From Octopus vulgaris (lineage: Eukaryota), in NCBI GenBank assembly GCA_951406725.2, contig OX597833.1, positions 45,136,001-45,200,000 on the forward strand: 64,000 nt of DNA, read 5' to 3'. This document shows, in pieces, positions 39,550-52,079 of this stretch; the stretch's first letter is position 1; every line of letters begins with the position of its first letter. Position numbers and translations under genes: made by a program. The notes under the pieces were generated by a model. It had not been told where the DNA came from. It did not search any database and saw only the letters and a program-made list of their open reading frames with translations.

Positions 39550-40130
39550 CCTTCCAAGCATATTAAAGGTCATTTTTGAGACTGCAATGCTTTTTCCAGT
39601 TTTTCTGTTCCCTTCTATAAATTATTATTACTTTAATCATTGTGTTATTTATCATTAGTCTTTTACTTTCAAACTACATTATAATTCCACTTTAAGAACT
39701 TTAGAGTTCTCTGACAGATACTATGAATGAGAAGACAATAACCCCAGTAAAGATTATTAGGGACAACCAGTTCCAAAGTTTTTGGTATTGCTTCAAGATA
39801 TAAGAAGTGAGAATTAAAAGTAGAGCCTTGGTATACGCCTGTTCTTACACTAAACTTTTCACTGAATTTACATCCAATCCTATTCTTGCTTATGTTACCC
39901 TCATATACAATCCAAACCACTCTAATGAGCCTTTCACATCTAGTTTATTCAGCATTTGACAGACTATATAGCATTGAACCCATTTGCTTTTGGTTAAGAA
40001 GTTATCTTGTTGTCTTAACTAAAAGTATAGCATTATCTCTGGTTCTAAATTCCCTTCTAAAGGAATTGAATTATATTCAGTCAAAATCTAGTGCAGATGG
40101 TACAAAAAAAACCCAACAAGAAACCTAATA
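39550..40130 (-). pseudogene. Heavily decayed RTE RT fragment
   Basis: Minus-strand remnants SKNRIG...FSVRTGVYQGS...LEAI align with the KVRIG..FRVEVGVYQGS region of the intact copy. Confidence 0.7.
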
Positions 40131-40971
40131 CATATTGTTAAACAGTTAGAGTTAGGAAGGGCATCCATGTAGAAACCAAAGCTGACAATGGAACACAATG
40201 CAGTTCTTGGACCCAATGGATCTGGTCAAACCGTCCAACCAATGCCAACATGGAACATGGACATTAAATGATAATCATCATCATCATCATCATTATCATT
40301 GTTTAACATCTGCTTTCAATGCTAGCATGGGTTGGACGATTTTGACTGAGGGCTAGCGAACCAGATGGCTGCACCAGGTTCCAATCTTGATCTGGCAGAG
40401 TTTCTACAGCTGGATGCCCTTCCTAACACCAACCACTCCAAGAGTGTAGTGGGTGCTTTTTACGTGCTACCCTGCACGGAGGCCAGTCAGGCGGTACTGG
40501 CAATGACCTCGCTCAAATCTTTTTACACATGCCACCGGCACAGGTGCCAGTAAGGCAACGCTGGTAACGATCATGCATGAGTGGTGCCCTCTGGCAACGA
40601 TCACTCTCGGATGGTGCTCTTGTGATGAAATCTATTTTGTGCTAAGTTTGTTATGTTTCTAATACACCTCTAATACACTTCCCTTATGTCTGTAGAATTT
40701 AACCATGGTGTTGCTGTGCCAGTCATTGGTGGAACACTTACCCTCTATAAACCATGATATGATTCTTTGACACCTTACCACTGAAGACAAAATGACTGGG
40801 AAGATAAAGATGTTGGACAGCCAGCTGTTTGTGAGTTCAAATCCACTGCTGTACACTTACTGTACTTTTAATCAGAATCTTTACTACTACATTAAGTGAT
40901 GATAATGATAAGGTGAGGAAAATGGTGGTGGTGGTGGTGGTGGAAAAACATGGACATACACAAAGACTTAC

Positions 40972-41025
40972 CATGAGAGAAAGACCCCATAAATTTTCTC
41001 CAATAGACTTTGTTACCATTTGGCA
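40972..41025 (-). CDS. COQ9: COQ9 exon (54 nt) CQMVTKSIGENLWGLSLM
   Basis: ttttgttttag| ... |gtaagt; phase 0 to 0; size and position fit the C-terminal amphipathic helix exon. Confidence 0.85.
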
Positions 41026-41674
41026 CTAAAACAAAAATGAAACAAAATGAATAAAACATAAAAACATACAAACTTCTGTTGAAATATATTTTGTTTTGTG
41101 AAGCAGATTTAGTTCACTTTACTGGGTGGTTGATATTAGGAAGGGTATCCAGTTGTAAAAGCCGCGCCAAAACAGACACAGAAGTCTGGTGAAGGCTCCT
41201 GCCTGGTCATTTCCTGTCAAACCGCCCAACCCATGCCAGCATGGAAGGCAGATGCTAAACATTGATGATGAAGCATTTTAAATGAAAACTATTGAAACAA
41301 AACCCCTTGAAAAGTAAATATCCTTCACTTGGTAGATTTCCTCCTTTCCACCCTCACCACTTTGATAGTTATACTGTTAATATGAGGTGGGTAACTTTGT
41401 TGTAAAAGATCTCCATTCAAACAACTATACACACATCTGAAATTTTAATTGATGCTAAAATTCTTCTCTTTTACTGGCTCCATTCATTCGATTGTGGCTG
41501 CATTGAAGCACCATCTTCAAAGGTTTATTTGACCACATCGGTTCCAGTACTTATTTTATTGGTCTCCAATGGTTCCACTAAGTCGCAGAGCATAAAAGAA
41601 CACAATAGAAGCAGCATCACTTTTTAGACTGGTGTAAACATAAACACAAACATGGATGCAGAACACACAACTGG

Positions 41675-41706
<32 letters not shown>

Positions 41707-41748
41707 ATGTGTGTGTGTGTGTATACATGCAAACCACAGTAGCATTTT

Positions 41749-41779
<31 letters not shown>

Positions 41780-42704
41780 GTTTAACGTCCGTTCTCCATG
41801 CTAGCATGGGTTGGACAGTTCGACCGGGGATCTGGGAAGCCAGAAGGCTGCACCAGGCTCCAGTCTGATCTGGTAGTGTTTCTACAGCTGGATGCCCTTC
41901 CTAATGCCAACCACTCTGTGAGTGTAGTGGGTGCTTTTTACGTGCCACCGGCACACGGATCACAACTGCAGTTTCCATTGATTTTGATGTTGGTGTACTT
42001 GACTCAATGGATCTCCTCAAGCACAGTGTATATAAACACACAGTTTCTGTCAAATCAAATTCTATCCGCAAGTTATTTATCAACTTGTAGCTTAGTAGCA
42101 GACACTTACCAAAGCTATTGTAAAATGGGAAACACGATAGCTGCAGAATGACTGTCTTAACCCAACACTGTGCCTTACTCTTTCTTTCACTCTTTTACTT
42201 GTTTCAGTCATTTGAGTGTGGCCATGCTGGAGCACCGCCTTTAGTTGAGCAAGTCAACCCCAGGACTTAGTCTCTGTAAGCCTAGTACTTATTCTATCAG
42301 TCTCTTTTGCCGAACTACTAAGTTACGGGGATGTAAACATACCAACATCGGTTGTCAAGCGATGTTGGTGGGGACAAACACAGACACACATACATATATA
42401 CGATGGGCTTCTTTCAGTTTCTGTCTACCAAATCCACTCACAAGGCTTTGGTCGACCCAAGGCTATAGTAGAAGATACCTGCCCAAGGTGCCATGCAGTG
42501 GAACTGAACCCGGAACCATGACTTTACTGCTCTCTGTTGTGCACAAGACATACAATTGAGTGACTTCAACTATAGCCCTACTCTGATTTGTGGCATTGTA
42601 CCAATGTCAGAAATGAGCAACCTGCTGTTCCAATGAGTTATGGAACACACCATGCTCTAAAAGAAAATATCTGAATTATTGAGACAGTGAGGGAGCCTCT
42701 ACAT

Positions 42705-42960
42705 CAGGGTTTCTCAACTGATGTCCATATGATCTTTGGGGGTCCATATAAGATTTTGTTGTTAAAATTTATGTGCAAGTAACTGGTTATGCTTGTACAA
42801 TACACAAAATATTTAAACATTTTTTATACAGTTCCTAATAAGATTTAATCATTAAAGATATAATAGGAGATTTTAGATATCGAATGGTTATGAGGGACCC
42901 ACACCCTGAGTAAAATAGGAATAAAAGGGGTCCACAGTCAAAAATGATTGAGAAATGCTG
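42705..42960. mobile_element. hAT (Charlie-like) MITE (related copies ~58148-58440 and 61292-62190)
   Basis: Termini CAGGGTTTCTCAA ... TTGAGAAATGCTG; imperfect 8-bp flanks ctctacat / ttctagat resemble the NTCTAGAN Charlie target. Confidence 0.7.
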
Positions 42961-43664
42961 TTCTAGATGATCCCTCGGCCTGCTAGAAATAACAACCAAA
43001 TCTCCCCCAAATCACATTCAACAATCTTAAAAAAAAAGAAAGGCACATTCATTGATGCAATCATGGTATAATGAGTGGTTGGTGACTAAACTGGACCCCT
43101 ATAAGGCTGGCCCAATGAGGGTGTGTGAGCACTGAGCAGGATTAAAAAAACAATGAAACCTGAGAAAGGCAGATGAGATCCTTGAGGGTCAACGGTTTCT
43201 ATATCCTGGGGAAGAGGTAAGTCTCACTAGGGTTAGCAAGGCAAATGAAACACTTGAATAGATACCAATATTTAATTTTATACAGGACTGATTGGAGAAT
43301 AAGTTAGAGTGTAAAGAGAGTTTAGGAGGACTAAGAGGAATGGAAAAAATTGGTAAAGAAAAAGAAAACAGCTGCTTTAACAGTAGAAATGCAATATGAA
43401 TAATTCACACACACACACACATATGTAAGGAAACAAAATAGTCAAGGCTGGAATATCTTTGGTCGCAAATCTGCTTGAGCCGGGGTGATTTGGGGAAGAA
43501 GCCCAACCTTCTTAGAAAAACTGAAGGACTACTGCAATAAGTGTGTGAAGCTAAGAGGGGAATTTGTTGAATAAAATCATAGCTAATTGATCCTCCTGTA
43601 TTTTCTTTTACCCAAAGCCAGGAACTTTTCAGTACCACTTCATACTTCTGTCTTTTATCACCTA

Positions 43665-44049
43665 CTAGCAGTATCACCCGGCGTTGCTCAGGTTTGTAAG
43701 GGAAATAACTATAAAGCATTTTTAGAGAGTTATAGCTAAAAAATAGCAAAAAAATGGAAAAAAATGATGGTAAATTTTTTTGAGATTAAAAAAAGGTGGA
43801 GTTGCGTCCCCTAGACAGTTTGTGGTTCCTGTTTCTGATTCTCGACCCCATGTCGAATTTATTGATTTTTTTCAGAACTGGGGAAACTTTTCAAAATTTT
43901 CGCTGCGTTAGTTTTGAATTATGACATTGGGCTATGTGTGTGTGTCAAGTTTCATCAGAATCGGTTGAAAGCCGTGGTCAGGGTGAGGGTACAAGCAAAC
44001 AGACACACAGAAACACGCACAGACAAACTGCCGTTTATATAGAGAGAGA
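43665..44049 (-). mobile_element. Non-autonomous Helitron (close relative of 35424-35797, opposite strand)
   Basis: Reverse complement of the 35424 copy, including the hairpin and CTAG end. Confidence 0.85.
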
Positions 44050-44643
44050 TCTGTGTTGCTGTTTTCAGAGGTTTCATTTTGAAACTTTTGCAGATAAAAT
44101 TTTAATGTTTTAACAAATGACAAATTTCTGTTCAGTTCTACTACCTTCCTTCAAAATTCAGGGACTAATTGGAATTACTCTTTACTCTTTTACTCTTTAT
44201 ATATATATATTATATTAATCTGACAGATATGCTTGTCAGTTGCTTGACCATAACCACTTGAGCATGTCCCTTAGTGGCTGACAATATGTGCATCGCTGAT
44301 GATGAGCAGGTGTAGTGGGGGTGGGGAACATCATAGCCATTGAGAAGGAATTATATGTTTTTGTTTGTTTTTGTTTTTCCAGTTTCAGCTCTTGAGCTGT
44401 GGCCATGCTGGGGCACCGCCATTGTGGTGAAAGAGTACAGCAGGGATCACCACCCCCTGCCGGAGCCTCGTAGAGCTTTTAGGTGTTTTCGCTCAATAAA
44501 CACACACAACGCCCGGTCTGAGAATCGAAACCGCGATCCTGCGACCGCGAGTCCGCTGCCCTAACCACTAGGCCATTGCGCCTCCATATATTTTTTTAAA
44601 AATTTAATTTTGTTTCAACAAAAAGCAAAGAAAATTTACTCAC

Positions 44644-44799
44644 ATTTTTCATACTTTGGCCAAGGCATTTGACATCATCAAACCTGTTGTTGACAAATTT
44701 CAGTGTATTCTCAAAATCTTCAGATTTATCCTGCAGCATATAGATTTCTGATGATTTGTAGAGAGCTGCCAGAGTAAGGCGTTTGGTGTACCAGTTGAA
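44644..44799 (-). CDS. COQ9: COQ9 exon (156 nt) FNWYTKRLTLAALYKSSEIYMLQDKSEDFENTLKFVNNRFDDVKCLGQSMKN
   Basis: tatatag| ... |gtgagt; phase 0 to 0; FNWYT.R and QD.S.DF motifs. Confidence 0.95.
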
Positions 44800-46782
44800 C
44801 TATATAGTAGAAGTAAAAACAAAGTCAGTATCATCACCATCATCATTATCATTGTTTAACATCCACTTCTTCATGCTTGCATGAGTCGGATGGAGTTTGC
44901 TGAGACAAATTTTCTACAATCAGATGCCCTGTCACCTCTCAGTTGTTTGCAAGTAAGGGAATACCTCCCCATGGCTAGATGTATTTCAGAAGATTGAAAA
45001 TGAAGGACACCTCTTACATGATGGTGACACTCATTCCCAAATACCACATGATGTCAAAGCAAGCAGACAGTAACACACACATATACATGCACATGCACGC
45101 AAACACACACATATACATGCACATGCACGCGAACACACACATAAATACACACACACACACACAAACACACATACACAAAGACACACACACATATATACAT
45201 ATACACAAAGACGCGCATACGTACACACACAAACACATATGAGAACTTCTCTCAGTTTCTCTCAACCAAATCCACTCACAAGGCTTTGATTGGCTTGGAG
45301 TTATAGTACAAGACACTTGCCCAGAGTGCCACACATGTGGAACCAAACCTGAAACCTCATGGTCGAAAAGCAAACTTCTAAGCACACAGCCATGCCTAGA
45401 TATACTTACGACATGTTTAAAGATTTATCAAAACCCTATTCTTTTTGACACAAAGTTAAAATTTTTTTTTGTCTTTGGTTAGTAAGTGTTATTTCCAATT
45501 TGCTTCTATCTAGAAATCAAAAGAGATGATTACTATTCCCGTCAAACTTTGCTTTTGTGATCTGGACATCAATGTTTTGAAATGGACTTATTTTCCATTA
45601 CATTTTAGACAAATTCAACACTGAGTTGCTAGAGCAGAAGTATTGTTATACCAAATATCCTGCTCAGTACCACAGATATGCTTGTCAGTTGCTTGACCAT
45701 AACCACTTGAGCATGTCCCTTAGTGGCTGACAATATGTGCATCTCTGATGATGAGCAGGTGTAGTGGGGGTGTGGAACATCATAGCCATGTACTGAGAAG
45801 GATTCTTTGGGGTTTGAATAAATGTAACACAAGCAAAATTTGAAGGAAATATTAGCCATTTTTCATTCTTTCTATGGGAAGGAAAATAGGAAATAACAGT
45901 TGTCACCCAAGAATTAAAATTGTGTTACACAATATTGTTAGTCAAGGCATGGCTGTGTGGTAAGAAGCTTGCTTCCCAACCACATGGTCCTGGGTTCAGT
46001 CCCACAGTGTAGCACATTGGGCAAGTATCTGCTACTATAACCTCGGGCCAACTTTCTCAGGGTAAGCAAATAGGAAATAATAGTTGTTACCCAAGGACAA
46101 AATTCATGTTACACAGTTTAATATACTACTTTTTACTCCAAACATTATTTGTGATCTCTTGACAATAAAACAAAATAAACCCTAAACAGAAATAAGCCAC
46201 CCTCCATTCACTTATGAGCCCCAACAACTCTGTCTTATGAGCTGAAAAGAATAGCATTTACTTGTTTCAGTCAGTAAACTATGGCCTTGCTGGGGCATTG
46301 CCTTGAAGGGTTTAGTCAAATAAATTGACTCCAGTACTTAGTTTTTAAGTCTCACACTTATTCTATTGGTCTCTTTTGCCAAACCACTAAGTTACATGAA
46401 TATAAACAAACCAACACCAGTTGTTGAGTGATAGTTCACTCACACAAACATGATGGGCTTCCATAGAGTTTTTCATCTACCATCATTCACAAGGTCAGTC
46501 TGGAGCTATGGCAGAAGACACACTTGCCTAAAATGTTGTGCAGTGAGACTGAACCCAAAACCGCTTGGTTGCAAAGCAAGCTTCTTAACCACATAGCCAT
46601 GTCTATGACTTTTAGAAATTTATAGAAGAACAGAAATCTAAACCCTATGAAATATTTACTGAAAAGAAAAGAAATTTCAAAAAGCAATACGTTGGAGAGT
46701 TGCTGCTGTTGCTAACCCAAACACCGAGCAGTTTAAAATGAATTAATGAAATTGATGTAAATATACATTTCTTGGACGGCTT

Positions 46783-46820
46783 CCTTCTGAAGATAGGCCT
46801 TTGCGCCCGAAATATAAAGG
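46783..46820 (+). ncRNA. Minimal type I hammerhead ribozyme motif (Penelope-like element type), probably mutated
   Basis: CCTT-CTGAAGA-T-A-GGC-CTTTGC-GCC-C-GAAA-TA-TA^-AAGG: conserved core boxes, helix I CCTT/AAGG, helix II GGC/GCC, palindromic ATAT helix III. Confidence 0.6.
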
Positions 46821-47496
46821 TTTTTGTAAAACTTTCTGCATTGTTAGGAGCTGTTTTCTATTTCCCTTTCCTTTTTCTAACTAAGTTATTATTTTAAAAT
46901 AAGATAGAAATGTATAAACAATGCAAAGAAAGATGAAAAGAGAAAAGCTTTTTTAATAGATATTTATTTACCCATCTAACAAGTTACCACAGCACGACAT
47001 CGCAGCCCCATCAAACTGACCATAACTGATACCACGACATGCTTGTTGTGGCTGCCTTACTCATATTTTGGCCAATAGACATTTTGAGAACTAGCTACCT
47101 CTGTAACTTCTCCACATGTTTCATACACCTCTTTCTTCCTATTTTTTCTCCTTCAATTTTCTCACTTACCAGGTCCTATACTAAATATTTTGTCCAGTAC
47201 TTCCTCATCCAGGCTACAGTTCTGGATTTCCCACTGCTCCTTCCAACTATATTCTCCTGCAAACATTAATCTGCAAATGCTCAAACAGAATATCAACTGC
47301 ATCAACCTTAGCGAATAACTAATAACAGAAAAAAAAAAAGGAATTTGCATTGTAGGTACAGATGTGGTTGTGTAGTAAGAAGCTTGCTTCCCAACCACAT
47401 GGTTCCGGGTTCAGTCCTACTACATGGTACCTTGGGCGAGTGTCTTCTCAGGATGACCAAAGCCATGTGAATTGGGTAAATAGAAACTGAAAGAAG

Positions 47497-47544
<48 letters not shown>

Positions 47545-47552
47545 TATATATG

Positions 47553-47586
<34 letters not shown>

Positions 47587-47648
47587 CATATATATGTATA
47601 TATATATATACATATATATGTATATATATATACATATATATATATATG

Positions 47649-47687
<39 letters not shown>

Positions 47688-47689
<2 letters not shown>

Positions 47690-50600
47690 CATCATCATCA
47701 TCATCATCGTTTAACGTCCGCTTTCCGCGCTAGCACGGGTTGGACGGTTCGACCGGGTCTGGGAAGCCAGGGGCCGCTCCAGGCTCCAGTCTGAATCTGG
47801 CAGAGTTTCTATGGCTGGATGCCCTTCCTAACGCCAACCACTCCATGAGTGGATTGGGTGCTTTTTACGTGCCACCTGCACAGGGGCCGGAGGGTCCGGC
47901 ATCGGTCACGATCGGTTCGAGCTTTTAACGTGTCAGCGGCACGGGGGCAACGAGGTCCGGGGTACTTTGGGGATCGGGGTACTTTGGGGATCCAGGGTAC
48001 TTTGGGGATCCGGGGTACTTAGAATGGGTAGGGGGTATGTGGAATTGCTGCAGAAAGCAGCCCGGGTCTTTGTAGTCACAGCATATCTCCAGAGATCTCG
48101 GTCCTTCGCCATTGCCTCAGTGAGGCCCAATGCTCTGAGGTCATGCTTGACTACCTCATCCCATGTCTTCCTGGGTCTACCTCTCCACCTGATACCTTCA
48201 ACTGTTTGGGAGTGGCACTTCTTCACACATCTCTCTTCATCCATCCGCAGCACATGACCATACCATCGCAAGCGTCGCTCTTGCACACCACATCTGATGC
48301 TTCTTATATCCAGCATTTCTCTCAGGATGCTTACACTCTGTCTTGCGTGCACACTGACACTACACATCCAGCGGATCATGCTAGCTTCATTTCTTTCAAG
48401 TCTACGCATGTCTTCTGCAGTCACAGCCCATGTTTCATTACCGTGAAGCATGGCAGTTCGCACACATGCATCATACAATCTACCTTTTGCTCTGAGGGAG
48501 AGACCTTTTGTTGCCAGTAGGGGTAGGAGCTTTCTGAACTTTGCCCAGGCTATTCGTATTCTAGTGGTGATACTCTCTGTGCATCCACCTCCGCTACTAA
48601 CTTGGTCACCCAGGTAGCGGAAACTATCAACTACTTCTAGTTTCTCTCCCTGGAGTGTGATGGAATCTGTTTTCTGAGTGTCTGTTGTGTCTATTGTCCC
48701 TGTGCATCTGCCGCACATGAAAGCTATCTTATCTGTTAATTTCCCTTTAATGTTGCTGCACCTCTTATGTGTCCATAACTTACATTGGGTGCATCTTATG
48801 GAGTTTCTACCTGTACCTTTCCTACAGGTTGAGCAGGGCCACCTACCCGAGGGGGTGTGTGCTGAGTACCTCTTGCTGCTTACTAATACTTTGGTCTTTG
48901 CTACATTTATTCTAAGGCCCTTTGATTCCAACCCTTGCTTCCACACCCGAAATTTCTCTTCTAGTTCCGGTAGTGATTCTGCTATGAGAGCTAGGTCATC
49001 GGCATAGAGGAGCTCCCAGGGGCATCCCGTTTTGAATTCCTCTGTTATTGCCTGAAGGACTATGATGAATAAAAGGGGACTGAGGGCTGAGCCCTGGTAC
49101 ACACCTACTTCTACCCGGAATTCTTCACTATATTCGTTGCCAATCCTAACCTTGCTGACAGCCTCTCTGTATAGAGCCTGTACAGCCCTTATTAGCCATT
49201 CTTCAATCTCCAGTTTCCGCATCGACCACCAGATAAGGGAACGGGGAACCCTGTCAAAGGCTTTCTCCAAGTCTACAAAAGCTATGTAGAGGGGTTTATC
49301 TTTAGCTAGGTACTTCTCCTGCAGTTGTCGGACCAGGAATATAGCATCAGTGGTGCTTCTACCTGGTACAAAACCGAACTGCATTTCATCTAAACGAATT
49401 CTCTCCCTAATGAGATTGGTTATGACCTTCTCTGAGACCTTCATCACCTGGTCCAACAGTTTGATACCTCTGTAGTTATTTCTATCTAGAGCATCACCCT
49501 TACCCTTGTAGCAGTTGACTATGGTGCTGCTGCACCAGTCATTGGGTATGACTCCATTGTGAACTATCTGGTTTACAATGCGGGTGACTATGGCATAGCC
49601 CACATAGCCAGCTGTTTTAAGCATCTCAGCAGTGATTCCTGATAGGCCAGGGGCTTTGCCTGGTTTCATATCCTTAATTGCCTTATCTACAAGGGAGCTG
49701 TCTATTCGGGTAGCTGGTCCCTCTACTGGGTCAACATTTGGCAGGCTCTCCTCCTCCCATTCATTCTCCTCATTCAGCAGTCTTTCATAATGGCTTCTCC
49801 AAGCCTCTTTCTTTTCACTAGTAGTAAAAGCAAGTGCCCCATCATCCATGCGGACACATTTCTCTCCTATAACATCGCTATTTTCTCTGACACACTGTCT
49901 GGCAATCCGAAATACTTCAGCTCTTTGATCCTCGCGACGCTGGACATTGGCAAACTTCTTCTTTTCTGCTACATCTTTGGCAATGTATACCTGCCGCCCA
50001 GCCTCCCTTTTGGCTATCTGGTACAGTTCCCTGCTGCCCCCATCCTTTCAGGCTTTCCAGGCCCGTCTCTTTTCACAGATGGCTTTATCTACTGCACTAT
50101 TCCACCACCACGTAATTCTAGGTCTGGAAGGGACTTTGCACCATCCACAGACTTGGTCTGTGGCACTCAGCAAGCTGTCCCGTAGGAATTCCCAGCTACC
50201 TTCTATGTCTGACGTCTGAAGCTCCTCCTCCCTCTCATCAAATTTCTTGATGAGTATGTCCCTAAATTTCTGACCATGCGAAGGGTTCTTTAGCCTCCAA
50301 ATCCTTCTTTTCTGGATTGGTTTGTTTCTTGGAGTCCTTCTGGCCTCAAGCTTAAAGTCACTGATGATTAGTCTATGCTGAGGGATACATTCTTCACCCG
50401 GGAGGGTCTTTGTATTCAAGAGCAACCCTGCATCCCGTTGTCTGGTGAGGATGAAGTCTATTTGGCTAGCGGAGTCTCCTGACTGATAAGTTATAAGGTG
50501 GCAGACTGGCTTCTTGAAGTTAGTGTTGCAGATTGAAAGGTTACATGCATCACAGAATTCCAGCAGTCTAGTTCCCTCATCATTTCTGGTGCCAATACCA

Positions 50601-51162
50601 TAGCCACCATGTACCCCAGTGAAGATACCCGATTCCCGCCCAACATGCCCATTAAAATCTCCACCTACAAAGATGAGGTCCTTGTTACTAGTCTTTGAAG
50701 TAGCCTGCAGAAGGGTATCATAAAAGTTGTCCTTCTGGTCATTTGGTAGTCCCGCTTGTGGGGCATAGGCTGAGATAATCATAGCTGTGCCACTCTGTAG
50801 GACCAACCTGAGCTTAAGCACTCTATCACAAACCCTGACAACCTCTATGAACTTATCCACCCATTCCTCCGCAAGGAGAATGCCTACACCCCCTACACCT
50901 TCCGCGTTACCTTGCCAGTAGAGTTTGTACCTAAGTGCCTTGCCCGTGAGGACCCTAGCCGAAGCATCTCTCCATCTTACCTCTTGTATGCAGCATACAT
51001 CAACCTGTCTTCTCTCTAGCATCTCTACAATCTCACTAGACTTGCCTGTCAATGTACCAACATTGATAGTGCCAACTCTGAAAACTGGGAAGGAGATGTG
51101 GGGGGACGGGGGGATTCGGCGTCTGAGAAGAGGAGGGTTGTTGTGGTGGTGATAGTTTTCGT
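47688..51162 (-). mobile_element. Near-full-length RTE-clade non-LTR retrotransposon (APE endonuclease + RT + PHD finger), one in-frame stop, (GAT)n tail
   Basis: ORF 50048-51340 has APE motifs (TINV, CIQE, YAPQ, GGDFNGHVG, SQIDFIL). ORF 47933-49849 has RT motifs (FVDLEKAFD, GVYQGSALSPLLF, LYADD) and an RTE-type C-terminus (RRLRWYGHVLR, RGRPRKTW). The two are in the same frame, separated only by TGA at 50048-50050. The 3' UTR ends ...ggacgttaaac(gat)n. Confidence 0.95.
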
Positions 51163-51212
51163 GATATATATATATATATATATATGTATGTATATATATA
51201 TATATATATATG

Positions 51213-51259
<47 letters not shown>

Positions 51260-51457
51260 CTCTCTCTTTCGGAGAGGCACTGAGCAGCTATACGCAATAT
51301 ACACACACGGCAGTAACTTCCACCTACCGAATTCAATCACAAAGCTCCGGTCGGCTCGGGGCTATAGTGGAAGACACCTACCCAAAGTGCCACGCAGTGG
51401 AACTGAACCCGAAACCATGTAGCCAGGAAGCAAGCTCCCTAACCACACAGCCATGCC

Positions 51458-51544
<87 letters not shown>

Positions 51545-51974
51545 ATGTGTGTGTGTGTATGTTTCTTTGTGTCTGAGTTTGTTCCCCATCACTGCTTGAC
51601 AACTAGTGTTGCTGTGTTTACGTCTCCATAACTTAGTGGTTCAGCAAAAGGAATCAATAGAATAAGTACCAGGGTTTAAAAAAAAAAAGTAATGGGGTTG
51701 ATTCATTTGGCTAAACATTCTTCAAGGTGGTGCCTCAGCATGGCCACAGTCTAATGACTGAAACAAATAAAAGATACAAAGATGTAAGCATTAAAAACCA
51801 TAATATCCTTTACCTAAGAACTAAAACAACATAAAATGTTCGATAAATGTTTGAATGCCTGCAATGAGTTGTGATTGAAAACATAATTTTCAAGACTATA
51901 AACATCGTGTCAAAAGATTTGGCATTAATAGCTTGAAAATTATAATTGTATTCTTTTCAGAAAAGATTACTTAC

Positions 51975-52079
51975 ATCAGTTGATTTGTCTCCTGCATAAA
52001 ACCAAACGTCATCCACAAGTTGTAAAAGGTTACACCAAGACTGGCAAGCATTTTGAGGTAAAGCTTGCAGAGCCATTGC
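51975..52079 (-). CDS. COQ9: COQ9 exon (105 nt) AMALQALPQNACQSWCNLLQLVDDVWFYAGDKSTD
   Basis: aaacag| ... |gtaagt; phase 0 to 0; DD.W.YAGD.STD motif. Confidence 0.95.

Noticed and set aside
51075-51110. Cryptic acceptors at the start of the RTE endonuclease that could fuse it to the upstream COQ9 exon
   Set aside because: Both AG sites are phase 1 or 2 while the COQ9 donor at 51975 is phase 0, so there is no in-frame fusion
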